This document shows, in pieces, positions 58,337 to 64,000 of a stretch of DNA of 64,000 bases. How positions within the stretch are numbered: the stretch's first letter is position 1; every line of letters starts with the position of its first letter. A program made the translations under genes and the position numbers. This DNA comes from Spirochaetia bacterium (lineage in GTDB: Bacteria; Spirochaetota; Spirochaetia; SZUA-6; Bin103). The DNA lies in contig CBDBDQ010000005.1 in the NCBI GenBank assembly GCA_965203905.1, positions 5,280,001 through 5,344,000 of the forward strand, in the 5' to 3' direction. The notes under the pieces are model-generated. The model did no database searches and had not been told where the DNA came from. It saw only the letters and a program-made list of their open reading frames with translations.

Positions 58337-60022
58337 TCATCTTGACGGCGGGCGCGGGATCACCGGCAGGCGCAGGTGCGATGGGCGGCGCGGGCCGTGG
58401 TACACGGTCTGGCGCGCGGTGCGGAGTTCCCGGTCCACTCCGAACTCGTTTCCCGTGTTGGGGTTGCGGTCGAAGCGCGGGAAGTTGGAGGAGGACACCT
58501 CCAGCCGGATGCGGTGGCCGGCGCGGAACAGGTTGCCGGTCACGCCTACCTCGATCCGGTACTCGCAGACCGCCCCCGGCTCCAGCAGCGCGGTGTCCGC
58601 CATGCCCTCGCGGTAGCGCGCGCGGATGATGCCGTCGCACAGGTTCCTGGCATACCCGGTCGGCGCCACGTCGACCAGCTTCGCCGTCCAGTCGGTGTCG
58701 CGTCCGTCGGTGGCGGCATACAGAACCAGCTCGACCGGCCCGGTCACCTCCAGGTCCTCGGCCAGCGGGTGCGACGTGTAGCACAGCACGTCGGGTCTCA
58801 TCTCCACGCCGCGCTGGTCGTACGGCCCCCAGGGCACGATCTCGGGCGAGCAGCAGTTGTTGCCGCCTACCGTCTGCACCGGGTAGCGGGGCTCGTAGGT
58901 GAAGCGGTCTTCCGCATCGTCCGCCGGCGCGGCGAACGTCAGCCGGCCATCGCCGCGCAGGGTGTTGGCGCTACCGCCCGAGTCGAGGTAGGCGCAACGC
59001 CACTCGGTGCGGGCCAGCGGCCACTCCCACTCGTCGCGCCACTCGCCGGCGCCCATGATGAACAGCTTCAACGGCGGCTCGTCGGCGATGCCGTTGGCCT
59101 CCCCCTTGAGCCAGTAGTCCAGCCAGCGCAGTTCCTCGGCCTCGAGGTCCCACCGCGACTGCGGCCCGAAGTCCACGTCGCCGACGCGGTCCGATGCGCT
59201 CAGGGCATGCACCCACGGACCGACGATCAGCCGGCTGCGCCGCGCCTCGGCCGTGCGTCCGTGCCGCCGCATGCCGGCGAAGCTGCGAAAGCTGTCGTTC
59301 ACGAACAGGTCGTACCAGCCGCCCATGACGTAGGCGGGCGCCGCGATCTCCGGGTACGGCTCGGGGTTGGCCAGATCCCGCCAATAGTCGTCGAACAGCG
59401 GGTGCCGCACCCAGTCCTTCCAGAACGCCACGTCGCGCCCGGCGGCCTGGTCGAGGGCGATGATCGGCAGGGTGTGGAACGCCTCGGTCCAGTTGTGGTA
59501 GTCGATGCTCTGGCCGGTGCGGGCGTTGGTACGCATGCCCCAGGTGAGCATCACGCCCAACTGGAAGGCGCCCCCCGGATAGGCGAGGCCGCCGTGGAAG
59601 TCGGGGCTTATCACGCGCGGGGCCATGCACGCCAGGTGGCTGCTGCGCAGCGGCGCCGCGGTCCACTGCACCATGCCCAGGTAGGAGGCGCCGACGGTGC
59701 CCAGCCTGCCGTTGCACCACGGCTGCCGCCCCACCCACTCCTGGGTGTCGTAGCCGTCGGCCGCCTCGCGGAACGGGTAGAACTCGCCGTCCGAATCCCA
59801 ACGCCCGCGGCAGTCCTGGATCACGCACGCGTAGCCGTTGGCCGCCAGCCGCCGTCCCTGTTCGATCAGCGAGTCGTTGTTGTTGCTGTAGGGGGTGCGG
59901 ATCAGCACCGCGGGAGCGGGCGGCGCGCCGCGCGGCAGGTAGATGTCCGCCGACAGGCGCACCCCGTCGCGCATCGGCACCTTGACATCCAGGTTCATCG
60001 CGATGTCGTAACTTGCCATCAT
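58337..60022 (-). CDS. CocE/NonD (peptidase S15) hydrolase
   Basis: MRDGVRL, RTPY, QDCRGR, GASYLG, GGWYD, GPWVH, SSNFPRFDRN. Confidence 0.92.
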   Translation of the reverse strand: MMASYDIAMNLDVKVPMRDGVRLSADIYLPRGAPPAPAVLIRTPYSNNNDSLIEQGRRLAANGYACVIQDCRGRWDSDGEFYPFREAADGYDTQEWVGRQPWCNGRLGTVGASYLGMVQWTAAPLRSSHLACMAPRVISPDFHGGLAYPGGAFQLGVMLTWGMRTNARTGQSIDYHNWTEAFHTLPIIALDQAAGRDVAFWKDWVRHPLFDDYWRDLANPEPYPEIAAPAYVMGGWYDLFVNDSFRSFAGMRRHGRTAEARRSRLIVGPWVHALSASDRVGDVDFGPQSRWDLEAEELRWLDYWLKGEANGIADEPPLKLFIMGAGEWRDEWEWPLARTEWRCAYLDSGGSANTLRGDGRLTFAAPADDAEDRFTYEPRYPVQTVGGNNCCSPEIVPWGPYDQRGVEMRPDVLCYTSHPLAEDLEVTGPVELVLYAATDGRDTDWTAKLVDVAPTGYARNLCDGIIRARYREGMADTALLEPGAVCEYRIEVGVTGNLFRAGHRIRLEVSSSNFPRFDRNPNTGNEFGVDRELRTARQTVYHGPRRPSHLRLPVIPRPPSR

Positions 60023-60211
60023 CGTGCCTCCTCCGCCCGGAGCCATACTACCAGACGGCCTGTTCGGACGCGTGTTCGACGCAACCTATCTGGAACGCAA
60101 GATCCTCCACGGCTTTCGCCACTCGACGGCGTGCTCAGCCCATTATGTTCCCTCCGCACTCATCTGCTTCCAGCTACCCATGCTCCCCGGAGCGCTATCC
60201 GATTTCCCGCT

Positions 60212-61462
60212 TCATGGCGGCCGCCGAAACTGCTTCTCCGGGGCTTGGTTCGCCGGCGTGACCCGGGCACGGTTGTGAGCAGCGCAGAGTAGACGCAAGT
60301 TGTCGGCGCTTGCCGATCCACCTGTCGAATACGGCTGAATGTGATCGATCTGAACCAGGTGCCGCGATCCGCAGCACCGGCCGGACTCCGGATCCCGGTA
60401 GGTGCACCGCCCACGATCTCGCAACCAGATGTGCCGTCTGACCGCTGCCGGAACCGTGCGCGTCACCGTCGCTGCCGGGCGACGGCCGTCTGAGCCACGG
60501 CTGCACTGCGAAGAAGCATCGCTGCGCTTTTGCGCAAAAGCGCGGCGTGCGTCGGCATCTTTGCGCTGCCGTTCGGGCGTGTCAGGTGGGCCAGTCTCGG
60601 TTGGCGAGGCAGACGACGCGGCCGACTTTCGCCTGCGCCGAACCGGCTGTCGCGCCGGGTCGTACTTTGCCACGGCGTCCGCCACCAGCCTCTGCAGGAG
60701 TTCGCCGTGCTCCATCGCCGGGTTGACGTGCGACAGCCATTGGCGGAGTTGCTCCAGCCCGCGCCGGCACTCTCCATCGACCACCGCCTTCAGTTCCCAC
60801 CGGTCGTGTCCCAGCGCCCGCAGCCGCTCTCGCGGTCGTATCAGATCCGGATCGAACTCTGCGATCAGCTCGTTCACCTGCCGCGTCGTCTTGCCCCGCG
60901 CCCGCTCGATCAGGTCCCGCTTGACTCTGTCGCTCAGCGGCGTTCCGGCCGACTCGGCCGGCATTGATGCTTCCAAGTCGGTGCCGAGGGCCCGGGCCGC
61001 TTTCGCGGCGTCGCCCGGCGGCAGCGCAGCGGACGCCTCAGCGACGCCATCCGGCTGCCGGCCTCCCGCTCCACTCTTGCGCTGCTCCCGCACCAGTTGC
61101 CGATGCCGCCGGTCGTGGCGGTCGAAAGCGCTCTGGAGGGATCCCATGGAGGTTATTGACAGTTCCCCGTCCTGGAGGTCCTGCTTCAATTCCGGGTATT
61201 CGGTACACAGCTTCAGCGCCTGGATCCGCTGGTAGGCGGAGCCCTCGCCGAACCCCAACTCCTTCACCGCGTAGTCGAACAGGCCCGAGAACCCGGCCCG
61301 AAGATGCAGGCCGCGAGCGGCGATTTCGCGGAGATGATCGATGATCTGGGTGTTGATCCAGCGCTCCTGACGCGCAAGCTCTTTGATGTTGGCGAGCAGT
61401 TGCTGGTCGTTTAGGCGCGACACGTCGAGCGTCCCTGTGATAGTCATCACTGTCGTCGTCAT
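60212..61462 (-). CDS. HNH endonuclease with helical (DUF222-like) N-terminus
   Basis: RDRGRCTY...C...IDHIQP..GG...NLRLLCAAHN; N-terminal GFSGLFDYAV..LG.GEGSAYQRI. Confidence 0.85.
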   Translation of the reverse strand: MTTTVMTITGTLDVSRLNDQQLLANIKELARQERWINTQIIDHLREIAARGLHLRAGFSGLFDYAVKELGFGEGSAYQRIQALKLCTEYPELKQDLQDGELSITSMGSLQSAFDRHDRRHRQLVREQRKSGAGGRQPDGVAEASAALPPGDAAKAARALGTDLEASMPAESAGTPLSDRVKRDLIERARGKTTRQVNELIAEFDPDLIRPRERLRALGHDRWELKAVVDGECRRGLEQLRQWLSHVNPAMEHGELLQRLVADAVAKYDPARQPVRRRRKSAASSASPTETGPPDTPERQRKDADARRAFAQKRSDASSQCSRGSDGRRPAATVTRTVPAAVRRHIWLRDRGRCTYRDPESGRCCGSRHLVQIDHIQPYSTGGSASADNLRLLCAAHNRARVTPANQAPEKQFRRPP

Positions 61463-61823
61463 CGGATACCTCTGCCGTAATTTGTTATGACGTAATTATA
61501 CACATGGATTCCTCGGTGCCACTTTGGAGAGTTCCCGGAGCATCGGGCACCAAGCGCGTAGCAACGTGCCAGGGCCTGTTGATGGCTCTTGGAGAGTGCA
61601 AGTGGGGTTCCGGAAACCAAACTGGACCACAAGGCCGTCATGGGGCCGGGACGGAAGGGACAAACTTGCGTCAAGTGTTTTCTTCGAATTTCTTTGGTTT
61701 TGTTCGAAAATACTGAAGTTGCCGGTGGCCAACCGGGCGTTGCCGGCACGTGCCTCTCGAATTGGCAGCGCGTTGCGCGCGACGACCCGGCGCGCTTGCA
61801 GCAGGCTGGCGCCCGCGGATCCG

Positions 61824-63029
61824 TCAGGCGAAGCCGATGCAATGCAGCGGGACACGGTGGCCCGGGGTGTAGTCCTGGTCGTCAGCATGGAACAGCACCA
61901 CCTTGCGGTCGTAGGTCAGGCCCTTGAACTGGGAGCGTCCCTTGCTGCGGCCGCCCACCTCGATGACGTGGTCGCGGCCGTCGAGAGCGACCACGAAGTC
62001 GGGAGTCTTGGCGCCGCGGGTCGACTTGGCGTAGCGAAACGGCATCCCATGCTGAGCCATCGCCAGGGCGAAGAAATCCTCGCGCAGTGCTCCGATGCAG
62101 TCCTCGTAGGAGCGGTACAGGAGCCGGTAGGGGGGCTCCATGAAGACCTTCGGCTCGCGCAGGACGTTGGCGCCCGCGGGAAACGCCTGCCGCAGCAGAA
62201 ACGCCCGTTCGAGGGCACCGACGTACTGCGCCGCCTTGTACTTGGTGATCGCCAGGTTGCGCGCCAGCGAGGTGTAGTTGATGCCGTCGATGGGCGAGCG
62301 ACCGACGAACTTGAGGAGTTGCTCGATGTTGGCGAGGTCCGCTCCGGTGAGATTGGGATCGTGCGCCGGCAGATCACTGCGGATCACCTTCTCGGCGATG
62401 TTGCCGAACAGGTCGAGTCCATTGCCGGCCTCCAGCACGAACGGATAGAGACCGCCGGCCAGGTACTCCGTGAAGCGGAACGAGGTTCGCAGGTATGCCG
62501 CCGGGATATCAGCGCCCAACGCGGTGGCGAGCGGAAGAGATGGCAGGGGCTCGCCGCCGGCGAACTCCAGGAACTCACGGAATGCGAACGGCAGCAGCTC
62601 CAGGATGCGCACGCGGCGCGACAGGTCAGCCGCCGAGCCGTACAACGAGACGGCCACGGAGCTGGTGAACCAGATGCGCACCGGCAGGAAGTCATGGATC
62701 TCCTTGAGCTCGGCGGCGTAGTCGCGCAGGTAGTGAATCTCGTCGACGAAGAACGCTTGCACCCGGTACCGATCCAGGAACGAACGCACCAGGTCGACCA
62801 GTCGGTCGCCTCGATCCAGGGTATCCGCGGAGACGTAGAGTGCGTCCTTGGTACGCGCCCGCAACTGGCGTAACATGACGGTCTTGCCGGTCCCCCGTGG
62901 TCCAACGAGCGCAACGAACGGTCTGCCCGATGTCTGTTGGAGTTCCTGGAACAGGAGCCGGGTTCGCGGGTACCGGCGGGCGTCCCGAACGGCCAGCGCG
63001 TCGCGGTCCAGCAGGTGGTTTGCGTTCAC
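61824..63029 (-). CDS. AAA+ ATPase with DUF4143-type C-terminus
   Basis: GPRGTGKT, FVDEIHY, DLSRR, TPDF...IEVGG; start re-called at GTG 63029. Confidence 0.85.
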   Translation of the reverse strand: MNANHLLDRDALAVRDARRYPRTRLLFQELQQTSGRPFVALVGPRGTGKTVMLRQLRARTKDALYVSADTLDRGDRLVDLVRSFLDRYRVQAFFVDEIHYLRDYAAELKEIHDFLPVRIWFTSSVAVSLYGSAADLSRRVRILELLPFAFREFLEFAGGEPLPSLPLATALGADIPAAYLRTSFRFTEYLAGGLYPFVLEAGNGLDLFGNIAEKVIRSDLPAHDPNLTGADLANIEQLLKFVGRSPIDGINYTSLARNLAITKYKAAQYVGALERAFLLRQAFPAGANVLREPKVFMEPPYRLLYRSYEDCIGALREDFFALAMAQHGMPFRYAKSTRGAKTPDFVVALDGRDHVIEVGGRSKGRSQFKGLTYDRKVVLFHADDQDYTPGHRVPLHCIGFA

Positions 63030-63165
63030 TATCGAGCACTTTAGCAAACCGCTTACCAAAATGATAGCCACTATAGACATCAATTTGCCAAAATGCGCGG
63101 ATGTCGAGCGGTATGCCGCCGTCGCGACGATTGATCCATTAGCGCAGTCATGTTCAAACTGCTGC

Positions 63166-63408
63166 ATGGTGTGGATGCAGATTCAGCTTCCGAATGCGCT
63201 GTACGAAGAGGCGAAGCGGGTAGCGCGCGAACGTGAGATGTCGCTGGCGGAAGTGGTGCGCCGCGGGGTCGAGTACATCACGCAGGTGTATCCGCCCCTT
63301 GGGAGCGGCGAACCGTGGCGCCCGCCGGCGCCCAGCGACGTTGGCCCCTTCAAGGCGCCGCAGGAGGATTGGCGTCGGATCGTGAACGATCCGGCGGAGT
63401 ACGATTGA
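63166..63408 (+). CDS. RHH/CopG-type antitoxin
   Basis: MQIQLPNALYEEAKRVAREREMSLAEVVRRGVE. Confidence 0.75.
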   Translation: MVWMQIQLPNALYEEAKRVAREREMSLAEVVRRGVEYITQVYPPLGSGEPWRPPAPSDVGPFKAPQEDWRRIVNDPAEYD

Positions 63409-63412
63409 CGCA

Positions 63413-63460
63413 GTGGTATCGATCGATACCAATCGGATTCTCGCGCGTGTGGAATCCCGC
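63413..63460 (+). pseudogene. Collapsed vapC toxin remnant
   Basis: N-terminal VVSIDTN abuts, out of frame, the C-terminal IGFSRVWNP. Confidence 0.65.
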
Positions 63461-63518
63461 GGCAGTCGGCAAGAACAGTAACGAGAGCACGCCCCCGCGG
63501 TCGTAATAACATACGCCC

Positions 63519-64000
63519 ATGAGCGCGATCGAGATCCTGTGGGACGAGTACGGCATTCCGCACATCTTTGCGCCGGACCACCGTGGCCTGTTCTATGCCT
63601 ACGGCTACGCGCAGATGGAGGCCCACGGCGAGCTGCTGGCGCGGCTGTATGCGCAGGGGAGGGGACGTGCCGGCGAGTTCTACGGCCCCGCCTGGCTGGA
63701 GGATGACCGCTGGGTGCGCACCAACGGCATCACGCGGCGGGCCGCGCGCTGGGCCGCGCAGCAGAGCGCCGGGTTCGCCGCGTTGCTGGGCGCCTTCGTC
63801 GCCGGGCTGAACGCGTCTGCGACGGCTCAGGGCGAGTCGCTTGGTCCGGCGGCGCGCCGGGTGTTGCCGTTTACGGTGACCGACGTGCTGGCGCACACGA
63901 TGCGCGTGATCCACTTCGACTGGCTGGCGCGCCGGCAGCGAGTGGCACGCAGCGAATCGAATGGCTGGGCCATCGGCCCGTCCAGGTCCGCCTCCGGCCA
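63519..64000 (+). CDS. Penicillin/AHL acylase-family Ntn hydrolase (partial)
   Basis: Not in the ORF track; WDEYGIPHIFA, YGYAQ, and beta-chain start SNGWAIGPSRSASG. Confidence 0.88.
   Translation, partial: MSAIEILWDEYGIPHIFAPDHRGLFYAYGYAQMEAHGELLARLYAQGRGRAGEFYGPAWLEDDRWVRTNGITRRAARWAAQQSAGFAALLGAFVAGLNASATAQGESLGPAARRVLPFTVTDVLAHTMRVIHFDWLARRQRVARSESNGWAIGPSRSASG

Noticed and set aside
60040-60211. Short ORF-like sequence between cocE and the HNH gene
   Set aside because: No recognisable motif or RBS; cannot be supported.
60212-61462. IscB/OMEGA or Cas9-like RNA-guided nuclease
   Set aside because: No PLMP or RuvC motifs; only a C-terminal HNH domain.

Overview
High-GC bacterial chromosomal window. 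Its many family-5 ABC solute-binding proteins, PhyH-HEAT, sulfatase and toxin-antitoxin (TA) genes resemble those of sponge or marine host-associated bacteria, possibly Spirochaetota; this taxonomy is inference only. Left to right it holds: two peptide/nickel-type ABC importer clusters, coaE, and a complete N-methylglutamate methylamine operon (mgsABC-gmaS-mgdABCD). Next is a 12.3-kb nested mobile structure (18978-31318) inserted inside the HNH motif of a DUF222-type nuclease gene. It consists of two inverted 2585-bp copies of a tyrosine-integrase plus IS91-like Y2-transposase element that flank a RIT element. The left copy is interrupted by a 3792-bp four-gene DDE/AAA transposon with a 6-bp target duplication. 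The outer ends carry a 70-bp branched hairpin and an orphan RIT-type end. The right half has TA modules (two with the toxin internally deleted and the antitoxin kept, including an Rpn that retains its intragenic RpnS frame), carbohydrate and sulfate catabolic genes, a tandemly duplicated solute-binding protein, a second HNH gene, an AAA-DUF4143 ATPase and a partial Ntn acylase. No rRNA, tRNA or CRISPR array was seen. Family assignments come from motif recognition by eye; no database searches were run.
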